Assembly: GCA_009917695.1 (NCBI GenBank) | Contig: JAACJG010000014.1 | Location: 50,959 to 114,958 of the forward strand | Length of the DNA stretch: 64,000 nucleotides | DNA from: Candidatus Rifleibacterium amylolyticum | Lineage (GTDB): Bacteria; Muiribacteriota; Ozemobacteria; Ozemobacterales; Ozemobacteraceae | Direction: 5' to 3' | Shown here: piece after piece, positions 9,856 to 20,452 of the stretch | Layout: each line of letters begins with the position of its first letter | How positions within the stretch are numbered: the stretch's first letter is position 1 | Made by a program: the position numbers and the translations under genes | Notes under the pieces: generated by a model | What the model was told of the DNA's origin: nothing | Database searches by the model: none | The model's input: only the letters and a program-made list of their open reading frames with translations

Positions 9856-10698
9856 TCAGGCAAGCGGCAGGCTTGTCTCACTGCGACAAACTCTATCATG
9901 AAAATCGACGATCGGGTTGTCGTTGAAGCTGTTGCCGAGAACCGCTACCAGCCGGCATACTGCATAGTTTTCTGACTGCTGCTGGTATTCCTGCAGCCAC
10001 TGTGCGTATCGGCCTTCTACATCTTCAGGCAGCGGACAGACAAATTTGAGGCGCTCAACATGAAGCCGATGCGGTTTTGGTGTCAGACGGGCGCGATAGC
10101 AGTTCTGTTTTGTACATAAAAGGGTATAAAGTGCGTCGGCATTGATTTCCTGGCTGAACTTCCCGAAAGCAGAAGATCGTGGATCGAGATACTGCCCGAC
10201 CACGATCAGCCTGATGCCTTTGCAGGTTTCATAAACACGCCAGGTGACATTGTGCTGATCACGCGTTTCGAAAAGCTTACGCAGGTGATCGACAATAGCG
10301 GCTTTCTTATCTTTTTTGCCACCGAAGCCGATAGCCTCCCAGAACGAGCGTTTATAATCGTCGATATCGAATATATTCAGAGAACAGCTGTTAAGAACCA
10401 GGGCACCATAGCGATTGCGCGTTACTATGTTGCAATCATCGATTTCGTGAGTAATCTCTTCTCTTACCGGCTTTTCATAAGAATTATCGCGCTCGGCGCT
10501 TCCATCTATGAGTCTTTGCACGCGCTCAGCCTTGGCCGAGCAAAGAGCTTGAGCATCGTCGAGTGAAAGATTCGAGCCGGCCGAACAGGTTATGGTTACC
10601 GGCTGGCCATCGACGACGACTTCAAATTCACCTGAGTGCCAGAACCTGAAAAGATGCATACTGGCGAGAGCCTGCGGACTTGCAACATGTTCTTTCAT
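9856..10698 (-). CDS. hypothetical protein (280 aa)
   Basis: Long ORF with coding-like composition. No motif recognised. Confidence 0.55.
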   Translation of the reverse strand: MKEHVASPQALASMHLFRFWHSGEFEVVVDGQPVTITCSAGSNLSLDDAQALCSAKAERVQRLIDGSAERDNSYEKPVREEITHEIDDCNIVTRNRYGALVLNSCSLNIFDIDDYKRSFWEAIGFGGKKDKKAAIVDHLRKLFETRDQHNVTWRVYETCKGIRLIVVGQYLDPRSSAFGKFSQEINADALYTLLCTKQNCYRARLTPKPHRLHVERLKFVCPLPEDVEGRYAQWLQEYQQQSENYAVCRLVAVLGNSFNDNPIVDFHDRVCRSETSLPLA

Positions 10699-10723
10699 GC
10701 TTTACCTCTTGATCTAAACACTT

Positions 10724-12028
10724 TCATTCTGTTTCTGGCTGACCGGCATAAGCGGCGAGAGCAGCTTCGCCGGCAGCAAGGTGATAAAACCAGATCGCTA
10801 CGGCAATGATTCCGGCAGACTGCACCAGGCAGAGGCGGTCAGGGGTCATCAGATCACCAAGATAGCCAAATACCATATAGGCGACCGGAAAAGAAAAGCC
10901 GATTATTGCCTGCATGGCGGCAAAAAAGCGCCCTTTGACCTGATCGGGAACAACCTTCTGAAACAGAGTCACGAATTTTACGTTGGTGATTCCGAGTGAG
11001 GCGCCGGCAAGAATCAAAGCCAGGCCAAAGCCCCAGGGATTGATAAGCAGACCCGGCAAAATCATGCTGCCGCCATAAATCAACATACTCAAAGCACCCA
11101 GACGGATAGTGCGTCCATGACTTCTGATCAATGCCGCCGAAAAAGTGCCCAGCAAAATGCCTACCCACAGGGCCGCTTCAAGCAGACCCATCAGAGTGGC
11201 ACTTCCCTGCAGGCTTTTTTGCACATAGAGCGGAACTATCACCAGTGTTGGCGTTGCAAAAAAGTTTACGAGGCCAAAACCGACCAGAAGCTTTTTCAGC
11301 AGAGGAAAGCGCTGCCAGAGTGTTTTATCATCGGCCGGTTCGGCTGATTCAGTTGCAATTGTCCCGCTATCGCCGCCTGATGCTGATTCTGCGTTGTTAT
11401 TCTCCTCGCCGTCGGCAGGAGTTTCAGGAAAGACCAGAGTCATTTCGATTATTGCCGAAAAAACGTAAGAGATCGCATTTAACAGCACCAGCAAAGGAAT
11501 TCCGAGCCAGGCGATCAGCATGGCGCCAAGCACCGACCCGCCAAAGCTGGCAAGATACTGGCTTGAAGCCTGATATGCAACTGCCTGTTCGAGGTCTTCT
11601 GCCGAAACCAGACTGGGCAGACATTTGGTGATAGCCGGGTTAAAAAAGCCTTCAGCAACGGCAATGAGAAAGCCGAACAGGTAGGCTGCGCCAAGCGTAA
11701 GAGTGTCGTTACTCAAAGACCAGGCAACATAACCCATCAGAGCGGCAGACGTCAGATCGCAGGCTACCAGCATGAACTTCGCCGGCATACGGTCTACTAC
11801 CCTGCCGATGAGTTTAAAAAGCAACAGTGACGGCAACGCCCCGGCCACCATGAAAGCACCCAGCGCAAATCCGCTGTGTTCTTTACTGACCGAGAGAATC
11901 CACCAGACAATGGCTATCTGGTAAATCCGGGTGCCGGCCTGACTGGTTACCTGACCAAGCCAGAGCCTGAAAAACTGCCGATGTGCGAACAGAAAAGGTT
12001 TCTTACTGTGCATTAACTGGTCCGCCAA
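10724..12028 (-). CDS. MFS transporter
   Basis: 12 hydrophobic segments. MFS-like loop motif 'GRVVDRMPAK'. Confidence 0.8.
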   Translation of the reverse strand: MADQLMHSKKPFLFAHRQFFRLWLGQVTSQAGTRIYQIAIVWWILSVSKEHSGFALGAFMVAGALPSLLLFKLIGRVVDRMPAKFMLVACDLTSAALMGYVAWSLSNDTLTLGAAYLFGFLIAVAEGFFNPAITKCLPSLVSAEDLEQAVAYQASSQYLASFGGSVLGAMLIAWLGIPLLVLLNAISYVFSAIIEMTLVFPETPADGEENNNAESASGGDSGTIATESAEPADDKTLWQRFPLLKKLLVGFGLVNFFATPTLVIVPLYVQKSLQGSATLMGLLEAALWVGILLGTFSAALIRSHGRTIRLGALSMLIYGGSMILPGLLINPWGFGLALILAGASLGITNVKFVTLFQKVVPDQVKGRFFAAMQAIIGFSFPVAYMVFGYLGDLMTPDRLCLVQSAGIIAVAIWFYHLAAGEAALAAYAGQPETE

Positions 12029-12108
12029 TTCGTAAACTCAAAAAAAGCGCCATTTCAGGCCTATTCTATCTTATTGAAAATACCCGACAATTTCAACCAG
12101 CAGAATAA

Positions 12109-12735
12109 TCAATGCCCCTTATCAAGAACTTTGCGCATGATCAGCCAGGTCACCGGCAAAATAATCAAAACCGGTGAGAAAATCAGCATTTCAACGAAAT
12201 CGAACGCGGTAATAAATGGTTTTTCCGAGTTAAAACGCTGTTCGTACTTGCGATATACCGCTGAATCATGAACCGGCCCATGATAAACGCAATAAATCAT
12301 GCCTTCACCCGACAGATCGCCGGTAGATTTGTAACTGCAACGAGTCGTCGGCGGTACCGGCATCGGCCTGAGAAATTCTTCGAGGGGCGAAGAAGGATCA
12401 AAAAGAAGATTGTCATCGAGACTGCGCAGAACAGGATCTCTGCCGGCAGTCTTATAACGCTCGATAGCCCTGGCAATGCGTTTCTGCATTTTAAAGCAGT
12501 TTATATATCGCGGCTCTGGTCTTACACCGGCGATGAATTCGAGACGAAACCTGATTTCGTGTCTGATATTACGCAGAGTCAAACCATCAGTTTCGCGAAA
12601 GTATGGTGGATAAAAAAAGTCGGCAGGCATCGAAGCAATCGCAGGCGCGGCAGTTTCATAAGCCGCCGCGTCGAACTCGGCATAGCCCTTACAGCACAGG
12701 CAGAGCATAATCAATAGCAGGCCGTAAAACTTCAT
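12109..12735 (-). CDS. secreted, C-terminally anchored protein carrying one copy of the pilin-like Cys repeat domain
   Basis: Internal ATG at 12735 gives signal peptide MKFYGLLLIMLCLCC. Motif 'C..Q.RI..A.E.Y...RD..L.SLD..L.....CSYKSTGDLSGEGMIYCVYHG'. C-terminal hydrophobic helix. Confidence 0.6.
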   Translation of the reverse strand: MKFYGLLLIMLCLCCKGYAEFDAAAYETAAPAIASMPADFFYPPYFRETDGLTLRNIRHEIRFRLEFIAGVRPEPRYINCFKMQKRIARAIERYKTAGRDPVLRSLDDNLLFDPSSPLEEFLRPMPVPPTTRCSYKSTGDLSGEGMIYCVYHGPVHDSAVYRKYEQRFNSEKPFITAFDFVEMLIFSPVLIILPVTWLIMRKVLDKGH

Positions 12736-12842
12736 TTCAACAAGATAGCAGATTCGCAATCTGCTTGCAGTTTTTTTGTCGCTGGATCGGCAAATGTTCT
12801 GGTAAATTATACAGGATTTCATGCAAGACAGGAGAGTCAGAG

Positions 12843-13373
12843 ATGAAAGATGTCAGACCTGCCCTGCCGGGCCGCTGTTACTGGGTCGTTACCGACCGCT
12901 TTCTGGCCGGAAGTTTCCCCTATAATCCGGGAATCGACAATCCGCATGATTTCATGCGCAGTCTTCTCGATAACGGCATCGACGCATTTATCGACCTGAC
13001 CGAAGAAGATGAGCTCGTTCATTATCAGCCCGTTCTGGCAGAATTGACAGCAAAAGCGCTTATATACAGACGTTTCCCCATCGTCGATTACTCGGTGCCA
13101 ACACTGAGCGAAATGCAACAGCTGGTTGCGCATATAAATCAGCTGCTGGAAGAAGGCCGAAATATATATCTGCACTGTCGTGGCGGTATTGGGCGCACCG
13201 GCACCGTTGTCGGCTGCTGGTTGCGCAGCCAGGGGCATGATGGTGAGAGCGCTCTGGCTGAACTGGCAAACCTTTTCAGCGCAAGTAATGCCGCGCGGTT
13301 TTCCCGCAGCCCGGAAACCGACGAACAACGGGAATTCGTTAAAAGCTTTGTCAGCGCCGCGAGTAAACTTTGA
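12843..13373 (+). CDS. Cys-based (dual-specificity/tyrosine) protein phosphatase
   Basis: CX5R P-loop 'HCRGGIGRTG'. ATG at 12843 with an AGGAGAG RBS. Confidence 0.75.
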   Translation: MKDVRPALPGRCYWVVTDRFLAGSFPYNPGIDNPHDFMRSLLDNGIDAFIDLTEEDELVHYQPVLAELTAKALIYRRFPIVDYSVPTLSEMQQLVAHINQLLEEGRNIYLHCRGGIGRTGTVVGCWLRSQGHDGESALAELANLFSASNAARFSRSPETDEQREFVKSFVSAASKL

Positions 13374-16300
13374 GCAGCTGATTGAATATAGTCAATATGC
13401 GGCCCCGGCTTTTTTTGATGGCGGTTATATCATAACTCTGCAGACTGCCAATAAGAGCTTCGGTTTCCAATGTCAGAATGTTGAACGAATGTTCTATTGA
13501 AACATGCCTGACCCGATCGGCCAGCTCAGCCATCTCATCGATCAGAATGGTATTGTCGGTTCGCGAAAAGCCGCTCATGAACTCTTTGGCAACAACTTCA
13601 CAAAGCTTCCAGGGATTCGACAACTGCTCAAAAGCTTCGGGCGGCAACCGGTATTCAACCTCTTTTGCCGGCTCAACCGTCGTCACATGACTGAGAAATC
13701 TGCCAACTTCAGAAAACAATCTGAGCAGACTTACAGGTTTGATGATAAACCCGTCGAACAGGCCTTTGAGTTCTTCGAGCTCAGCAAAACTGTTGGTCGC
13801 GGTAACCGCAATAATAGGCACCGAAGCAAGCTCAGAAATACAACGCAGTTCTCTAGCTGCACAAACACCGTCTTTCTGCGGCATGCGCAGATCCATGAAA
13901 ATCAGCTCAGGCAGTTCCTTTTTTGCGAGTTCAACCGCTTCATTACCATCTGAAGCGCAGAAGACTGTAAGTCCCGCGTTTTTCATGGCTTCAGCGATCA
14001 GCTCACGATTCGAAGCTGTGTCATCGGCAACCATGATTTTCTGTCCGGAGAATTTGAGAATACCCCTGTTCTGAGCATCTGCTGACAATCGTTTTTTAGA
14101 GCGCTCCGGGATTTTGACTTCGCGTAGAATGATGTCAAAGCGGGTGCCTTTTTTGAGTTCGGTTTTGACCTTGATAGTACCGTTCAACAGCTCGACCAGG
14201 CGACGGCAAATAGCGAGACCAAGACCGGTGCCGCCAAACCTGTTCTCAAATTTCCGACGGTACAATGGGTCAAAAATCTGCTCTGGATTCTCGCAATCAA
14301 TTCCCACACCGGTGTCTTCAACAGTAATCAGAAGATTGATCAAGCTTTGCTGCGATGAGTGACCGAGTGACAGGCGAACTCCTACCGTGCCATGATTGGT
14401 GAACTTGATGGCATTACTTACAAGATTGATCAATATTTCTCTGATGCGGGCTTCATCTGACAGAATTATCGGTGGAACCTCGGCATCAACCTGGACCCAG
14501 AATTCAAGACCTTTGCGTTCGGCTTCTTCGGTAAACATCGAGTCAACTTCCGCTACCAGATCAGCTAGGTTCACCTGCCCCTCGATCAGTTCAACCCGCC
14601 CTGATTCAAGTCGAACCAGATCATGAATGCTGTTGATGATGTTGATAAGACTCCTGCCTGCGGCGATTATTGAGCTGGCATACTGTTGCACCCTTGGGTT
14701 CTCTGCAAGCGGCGCCAGCAGTTCGCTGTAACCTATGATTGCGCTCAGCGGTGTTCTGATTTCGTGGCTCATACTGGTAAAGAGTTCTGCTGTGTCCATA
14801 CCTTCAAACTTCATTTCAGAGCCGGATTGTCGCGTCATGCCAACGCTGGCAAGATCGGTAACATCAACCATAACACCCCTGACGACCCGGTGTGTTCCAG
14901 AAAGCTGGCTTTCAGCCATAGAACTCATAATGCGCAGATGCCGAATTTCTGTCGCTTTTTCTTTGTTGAGAAGACAGGTTCTAAAATCCAGCAAAAATGT
15001 TTCTCTTGAGTTATCGCTGCGACGAGACTTGTCAAAATATGATCTGAAAGCATGCAGATCTTCAGAATGAATAACCTTGCAGAAATCCTTAAAAGTAATA
15101 GAGCCGGCCAAACCTTCACCGAACAGCCTTTTAACGGCTCCCAGCAGCAGGAAATTTTCGTTAACCGGCTCAAACTGCCAGACAACGACATTGCCAGACT
15201 CGATGCTCTGCCGCAAAATTTCTTCGTTCAGCCGCAGTTTGTCTTCAGCCTGTCGTTTGTCGGTAATGTCGATAAAACAACCTTCACAGTATTCCCGACC
15301 ATTTTCGTAAAACACCCGCCCATAAACGGCAGCCCAGAAGATTTCGCCATCGGCCCGACGAAATTTCATTTCGAGACTTCGCACCTGATCGCGCTTGCGC
15401 AGCTCATCAAAAAAGAAAGAGCGATCTACAGGAGTTATATAGAGCTGATGCCCGATACTTTGCACCTGTTCTATCGCCTGTTGAGGTGAATCATAGCCAA
15501 GAATATGCGCCATTACATCGTTCATGCTGATAAAACGGTCATTATAACTCCGCCATAGTCCGACCGGCAGGTTCATGTATATACTGCGAAACTTGTCGAG
15601 CTCTACCTTGAGAGCAGTTTCAGAAATTTTCTTTTCGGTTGCATCAGAAATTGCACCATAAATCAGCCTGTCTTTGCCGCCGCGCCAGGTCACAACAACT
15701 CTGACCCATGCCTCAACTGCCGCCGCATCAATCTCAGTTGCTCTGGAACTTCGCAACTGCCACAAAGAATCTCGGCGACCAGGCGCGCTGTTGCCAGAAA
15801 GAATTTGCGTGCGCAAATTGAGCCAGCGCTGCCGCAGGCCCGATTCTTCAGCTGCCGGCATAAGATTGATAAGATCGCTGGCAGTGCGCAGTTCTGAATG
15901 ATCAACACCGAGCAGTCTCCTGCTGTCGCCAAAAACAACGACAGACTCGTCTGACAGATCAATCAAGAAATAGACAACTTCAGAAGTCTCTGCAAAAACT
16001 CGAAGTCGGTTACTTCTCTGCTGACAAACTTCGACAATCTTTGTTATCTGTTCGTCGATTTCACTGAATTCATCGCAGACAGATTCGCCGACCTGACTTG
16101 AAGACGCATCATTAAGCGCTGCCCACAAACTTTTCTGCAAGGCTCTGATACGCCGGCTGACTGTAATTTCAAGGGCAAAAGCGATTCCGACTACGGCAGC
16201 GGCGAGCATAAGAATGATAATCAGCAGCTGCTGCAAAATAAAGCTGTCGGCTACTCCAGATACCGCATCTGGTCTGATTCTGAGTCTTAATTGCCATTGG

Positions 16301-16743
16301 CCGGTTCTGCCATCTTTGGCTGTCACTGTAAACTCATGGTGAAAAGAAACACTGGGAAGCCCGTGCTCGCGTGTTTCATCACGATACGAGGCCACAATGC
16401 TGCCTGACTCATCGACAAGCCGTATGCTTGTGGCATCCAGTCTTACGGCTATTTTAGCCAGAGACTTCTCGATTTCAGGCTGTTGTCCGGCAAGAATGAC
16501 GAAGCGCAATTCTTCAACCTGTTCAGCTACCATCTGTGTGAGATGCTGCTGATATTTTTCTTCAAAACTGCTGTGAACGTAGTTTGCCATCAACATGGTG
16601 ACAATGCCTGCTACGACGAGCATTGCCGTGATCGAATAAATGACAAACCTAAGTCTGAGGGAACGGTAAAAGCCCTGCCGGGCAATATTCCCGCCAGTAT
16701 CAGGCTTTGTGGCCGAATTGCTCTGTTGCTTTTCGTTTATCAC
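13351..16743 (-). CDS. hybrid sensor histidine kinase (transmembrane sensor, PAS domains, HisKA, HATPase_c, receiver domains)
   Basis: H-box 'MSHEIRTPLSAIIGYSELL', G-boxes 'GTGLGLAICRRLV' and a receiver 'DLRMPQKDG'. GTG start preceded by GAGGGGA. Confidence 0.85.
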   Translation of the reverse strand: MINEKQQSNSATKPDTGGNIARQGFYRSLRLRFVIYSITAMLVVAGIVTMLMANYVHSSFEEKYQQHLTQMVAEQVEELRFVILAGQQPEIEKSLAKIAVRLDATSIRLVDESGSIVASYRDETREHGLPSVSFHHEFTVTAKDGRTGQWQLRLRIRPDAVSGVADSFILQQLLIIILMLAAAVVGIAFALEITVSRRIRALQKSLWAALNDASSSQVGESVCDEFSEIDEQITKIVEVCQQRSNRLRVFAETSEVVYFLIDLSDESVVVFGDSRRLLGVDHSELRTASDLINLMPAAEESGLRQRWLNLRTQILSGNSAPGRRDSLWQLRSSRATEIDAAAVEAWVRVVVTWRGGKDRLIYGAISDATEKKISETALKVELDKFRSIYMNLPVGLWRSYNDRFISMNDVMAHILGYDSPQQAIEQVQSIGHQLYITPVDRSFFFDELRKRDQVRSLEMKFRRADGEIFWAAVYGRVFYENGREYCEGCFIDITDKRQAEDKLRLNEEILRQSIESGNVVVWQFEPVNENFLLLGAVKRLFGEGLAGSITFKDFCKVIHSEDLHAFRSYFDKSRRSDNSRETFLLDFRTCLLNKEKATEIRHLRIMSSMAESQLSGTHRVVRGVMVDVTDLASVGMTRQSGSEMKFEGMDTAELFTSMSHEIRTPLSAIIGYSELLAPLAENPRVQQYASSIIAAGRSLINIINSIHDLVRLESGRVELIEGQVNLADLVAEVDSMFTEEAERKGLEFWVQVDAEVPPIILSDEARIREILINLVSNAIKFTNHGTVGVRLSLGHSSQQSLINLLITVEDTGVGIDCENPEQIFDPLYRRKFENRFGGTGLGLAICRRLVELLNGTIKVKTELKKGTRFDIILREVKIPERSKKRLSADAQNRGILKFSGQKIMVADDTASNRELIAEAMKNAGLTVFCASDGNEAVELAKKELPELIFMDLRMPQKDGVCAARELRCISELASVPIIAVTATNSFAELEELKGLFDGFIIKPVSLLRLFSEVGRFLSHVTTVEPAKEVEYRLPPEAFEQLSNPWKLCEVVAKEFMSGFSRTDNTILIDEMAELADRVRHVSIEHSFNILTLETEALIGSLQSYDITAIKKSRGRILTIFNQLLKVYSRR

Positions 16744-16893
16744 AGAGATCCCCTCGGTACAACAATTTCCTCAAGTTTATACGTTTTCTGTGTGTGAGCG
16801 TATTATACAGCTGCTGCAACATGCGAGTCAATCCAGACCTATACCCCGCTGGCCAGACGACTTTGCCGAAGCAACTCCAAACCATCTGCCTTT

Positions 16894-17190
16894 TCAGGGC
16901 AGCTCAATTTTTCGAGGCTTGTCAGAAAATGGCTTGTAGAGAACGATTACCCGACCAATTACACGCACAAGCACAGCATCTGCCGCCATGCAAATCTCTT
17001 TTGCAGCTTCAGCCGCTTCAACTGGCGAAGAATCCAGCAGCTTGATCTTGATCAGCTCATGCGTATTGAATGCCTCAACCACACTGAGAATGATCTTCGA
17101 TTCCAGGCCCTGCTTGCCTATCCGCACTATCGGTTCGAGATGATGGGCGAGGGACTCAAGATGCTTGCGTTGCTGGGAGCTGAGTTTCAC
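16894..17190 (-). CDS. yhbY: YhbY/CRS1-family RNA-binding protein (ribosome assembly)
   Basis: 'LSSQQRKHLESLAHHLEPIVRIGKQGL...HELIKIKL' matches the YhbY fold (~97 aa). GTG start with a GGAGA RBS. The upstream part of the track ORF is probably not translated. Confidence 0.65.
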   Translation of the reverse strand: MKLSSQQRKHLESLAHHLEPIVRIGKQGLESKIILSVVEAFNTHELIKIKLLDSSPVEAAEAAKEICMAADAVLVRVIGRVIVLYKPFSDKPRKIELP

Positions 17191-17257
17191 GGGTTTATCT
17201 CCAGAAGTTTTGATACGAATATATACAACAGGCAGTTGTCTTTTGCAATCATGCAGT

Positions 17258-17854
17258 TTATGGCAGTCTGGCGACAATTTCTTTGATCTGAGCCGGACTG
17301 TTGACAACATAAGCATTGAAACCGACATTTTGCGCCGCTTCGACATTGGCCTGACTGTCGTCGAAAAAGTGAATCTGCTTCGGCTCTTTTTGCAGGCGGC
17401 GGCAGACCTCTTCATAAATCTCACGATCGGGCTTTACCATGCCCATCTCATACGAGAAAAAAAGATGTCGGAACGGCCGGAAAACCATGGTGGTTCGCCG
17501 CAACAGCTCAACATGAACAGCATTGGTATTCGAGAGCATGGCCAGCTCACCATATCTGACAAGTTCATCGAGAATCGCGATGCAGTCAGTCTTTAGCGGA
17601 CCAATTATGCCGGTAAATTCGCGCGCGAAATCGCTAAAATTAAGTTTGCTGCCGGTTTCGGCGACAAAAGCACGGTAAAAACCCGTAAAATCAGTTCTGC
17701 CAGCCTCATATATTCTGGCTGACTGTAGCTGCAGCCATTTTCGCTTGAGTTCTTCGCTGTCGCGTTCCCGGGTGAACAGGGCGCGGGCGTGTTGTTCCCA
17801 GTGGAGATCAATGAGAACACCACCAAGATCGCAGAGAATGGCTCTTTCAGTCAT
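17258..17854 (-). CDS. HAD-family hydrolase
   Basis: Motif I 'LCDLGGVLID'. Typical size. Confidence 0.75.
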   Translation of the reverse strand: MTERAILCDLGGVLIDLHWEQHARALFTRERDSEELKRKWLQLQSARIYEAGRTDFTGFYRAFVAETGSKLNFSDFAREFTGIIGPLKTDCIAILDELVRYGELAMLSNTNAVHVELLRRTTMVFRPFRHLFFSYEMGMVKPDREIYEEVCRRLQKEPKQIHFFDDSQANVEAAQNVGFNAYVVNSPAQIKEIVARLP

Positions 17855-18158
17855 TTTTAAGCTGCTGGCAATGGTCGGGAATCTTAAAGCCCTGTGTACT
17901 CAACAGTTTTTGCTCGGCCAGACGGCGTTTGCGCTCAGCCTCGATCTGCTTAAATGCCAACCAGATAAGAAACGGCACGATGATGAGATCATCGAGATAA
18001 CCGATAACTGGTATGAAATCAGGTATCAGATCGAACGGCCACAAAAAGTAGGCTACCGCGGCGAACAGCAGCAGCTTTGCTGAAAGTGGCGTTTCATCGC
18101 TCTTAACAACGTCGAGATAGCCGTGCACTTTATTGGTAAATTCGCCGGTTTTGCTCAT
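17847..18158 (-). CDS. DUF1232/YkvA-family small membrane protein
   Basis: 'WPFDLIPDFIPVIGYLDD' motif. Internal ATG with a GGAGAA RBS. Confidence 0.6.
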   Translation of the reverse strand: MSKTGEFTNKVHGYLDVVKSDETPLSAKLLLFAAVAYFLWPFDLIPDFIPVIGYLDDLIIVPFLIWLAFKQIEAERKRRLAEQKLLSTQGFKIPDHCQQLKND

Positions 18159-18227
18159 ATTGTTCTCCATTTATACTGATGACAATCATATCACAAAACC
18201 GGCGAATTATACATTATCTGCAGGAGA

Positions 18228-19247
18228 TCAGAGAATCTGTATCGCTTCGGCTTCACAGCGGGTCAACTCTTCGGCGGGCCAGACACTGACCTGAACTTCA
18301 CCTATGTGGCGCTTCTGCAACAGCAACATGCTCAGGCGCGACTGGCCGATACCACCACCGATCGTCTGCGGCATTTTTCCAGCCAGCAGCATTTTGTGCC
18401 AGGGAAGCTGGGCGCGATCTTCGCTGTCTCTGATTTTAAGCTGCTCTGTCAGCACTTCCGGACTGACCCTGATACCCATCGACGAAACCTCGAAAGCCAT
18501 ATCGAGAACAGGGTTGAAGACAAGAATGTCGCCGTTGAGTCCTCTGCGGCCGGGCAAGGCTTCGGTTGTCCAGTCATCATAGTCGGGAGCTCGTCCGTCA
18601 TGGATGCTGCCATCGCTCAACAAACCGCCAATCCCGATGACAAACACAGCACCATGTTCGCGGCAGATCGCATTCTCGCGCTCTTTCGGAGTCATGCCGG
18701 GGAAGCGGGCAAGCAGATCTTCACTGTGAATGAAGTGAATCTTCTGCGGCAGAAACTTCTTGAGATCGTAGCGGCTGCAGATGTGATGTTCGGTTGCGAG
18801 TATGGCGTTGTAGATCGTTTCGACTGTCGCCTTGAGGAAATCGAGGTTGCGCTGCTGTGGCAACATGATGCGTTCCCAGTCCCACTGGTCGACGTAAACA
18901 GAGTGAATGGCCGAAGTAATAGTCGGCTCATCTGGACGCAGAGCGTTCATGTCGGTATACAGGCCTTCGCCGGCTGGAATTCCGTAGCGGGCCAGGGCCA
19001 GTCGTTTCCACTTTGCCAGCGAGTGAACAATCTCGAATCTGGTGTCGCCGATAGCGGGAACTTTGAACGCAACCGGGCGTTCGATGCCGTTGAGGTTATC
19101 CTGCAAACCTGAATCAGCATCGACAAACATCGGTGCTGACACCCGGTGCAGCCTCAGGCTGCTGGTAAGAGTATCTTCAAAGTGTCGTTTAAGATCAAGA
19201 ATGGCGCGTTCCGTCTGTATGAGCGTAAGTCGTGAAGCGGTCATCAT
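18228..19247 (-). CDS. asnA: aspartate--ammonia ligase (asparagine synthetase A)
   Basis: Strong similarity along the whole length to AsnA ('SVYVDQWDWE', 'GGGIGQSRL'). ATG-ATG start with an AGGAG RBS. The track start at 19280 is a GTG. Confidence 0.85.
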   Translation of the reverse strand: MMTASRLTLIQTERAILDLKRHFEDTLTSSLRLHRVSAPMFVDADSGLQDNLNGIERPVAFKVPAIGDTRFEIVHSLAKWKRLALARYGIPAGEGLYTDMNALRPDEPTITSAIHSVYVDQWDWERIMLPQQRNLDFLKATVETIYNAILATEHHICSRYDLKKFLPQKIHFIHSEDLLARFPGMTPKERENAICREHGAVFVIGIGGLLSDGSIHDGRAPDYDDWTTEALPGRRGLNGDILVFNPVLDMAFEVSSMGIRVSPEVLTEQLKIRDSEDRAQLPWHKMLLAGKMPQTIGGGIGQSRLSMLLLQKRHIGEVQVSVWPAEELTRCEAEAIQIL

Positions 19248-19280
19248 AAAACTCCTGTTTTCAAATTTTTCATTATTCAC

Positions 19281-19394
19281 ATCGCAAAATAATTACACAT
19301 TATTTAACATATTTACAATACAATTTAATTTTGTTATCATTATGCTAAATTTAATATTAAATTATTGTAATTTCTTAAAAATTACCCGATAAAT
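19281..19394. promoter_or_regulatory. AT-rich divergent asnA/asnC control region
   Basis: More than 80% A+T intergenic stretch between divergently transcribed asnA and asnC. Expected to hold the AsnC operator and promoters. Confidence 0.4.
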
Positions 19395-19856
19395 ATGAAC
19401 AAAAAATTCGAAATTGACAAAATCGACCGCCAGATACTTGATGAACTGCGCCTCGACTCACGTTGCTCGTTTCAGGATATCGCCAGAAAGCTGAAAGTAT
19501 CTGGCGGCACCATACACGTGCGCGTCAACAAATTGCGAGAAGCTGGAATAATAAAAGGAACCCGGCTCATCCTCGACCCGGCTGGCCTTGGTTACGATAT
19601 TTGCGCCTTTATCGGCATAAACCTGCACCAGGCCGGCGACCATATCAGCGTTGTCGCCAAGCTGAAAAAAATGCCGGAAGTGGTCGAAGCGCATTTCACC
19701 ACCGGCTCATACAGCCTTTTCATCAAGGTTTTTGTCAGCAGCACAGCCGGACTTCATAAATTTCTCGTCGAAAAACTGCAACCGATACCTGAGGTGCAAT
19801 CGACCGAAACCCTGATTTCGCTCGACATGCCGATCGACAGAGCCCTCGCGATCTAG
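19395..19856 (+). CDS. asnC: Lrp/AsnC-family transcriptional regulator
   Basis: N-terminal HTH '[23 protein letters not shown]' and a RAM domain. Divergent from asnA. Confidence 0.8.
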   Translation: MNKKFEIDKIDRQILDELRLDSRCSFQDIARKLKVSGGTIHVRVNKLREAGIIKGTRLILDPAGLGYDICAFIGINLHQAGDHISVVAKLKKMPEVVEAHFTTGSYSLFIKVFVSSTAGLHKFLVEKLQPIPEVQSTETLISLDMPIDRALAI

Positions 19857-20446
19857 CGTTTAATGCGGGCGAGGATCGAGGCGCGCACCATTTTGGCGAA
19901 ATAGGCCATCACACGGCTGTCGTCGGTCAGTTCCGGGTGAAAAGCGCAGCCGAGCATGCAACCCTGGCGCGCCATTACGATCCTGCCATCATGCTCGCAC
20001 AATATCTCGACATCTTCTTCAACGCTAACTATATGCGGAGCGCGAATGAACACACCTGGAAAATCATCTGCGACATCTTTGATCTCAAGACTGGTTTCAA
20101 AGCTGTTTACCTGCCTGCCGTAAGAATTGCGCTGCACAACTATGTCCATCATGCCAATATGGTTGTCGTCGCTGCCCTCGATCTTACGTGCCAGCAGTAT
20201 CAGGCCGGCACAGGTTCCGAATACCGGCTTATCAACGCTTATAAAGCGTTTTAGCGGCTTCATCATGTCGTAGGTGTCGATAAGCCGCCGCATGGTCGTG
20301 CTTTCACCGCCCGGCAGAATCAGACCGTCGATCTTCTGCAGATCATCGGCTGACTTGACTTCGAGCGCCTTCGCGCCGCATTTTTCGATGGCGCGGGCGT
20401 GTTCGCGCACCGCGCCCTGTAGAGCAAGAACGCCTATGGTTGTCAT
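19853..20446 (-). CDS. pdxT: pyridoxal 5'-phosphate synthase glutaminase subunit
   Basis: 'IGVLALQGA...[12 protein letters not shown]' class I glutamine amidotransferase. Adjacent to pdxS. Confidence 0.85.
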   Translation of the reverse strand: MTTIGVLALQGAVREHARAIEKCGAKALEVKSADDLQKIDGLILPGGESTTMRRLIDTYDMMKPLKRFISVDKPVFGTCAGLILLARKIEGSDDNHIGMMDIVVQRNSYGRQVNSFETSLEIKDVADDFPGVFIRAPHIVSVEEDVEILCEHDGRIVMARQGCMLGCAFHPELTDDSRVMAYFAKMVRASILARIKR

Positions 20447-20452
20447 CTTCGT

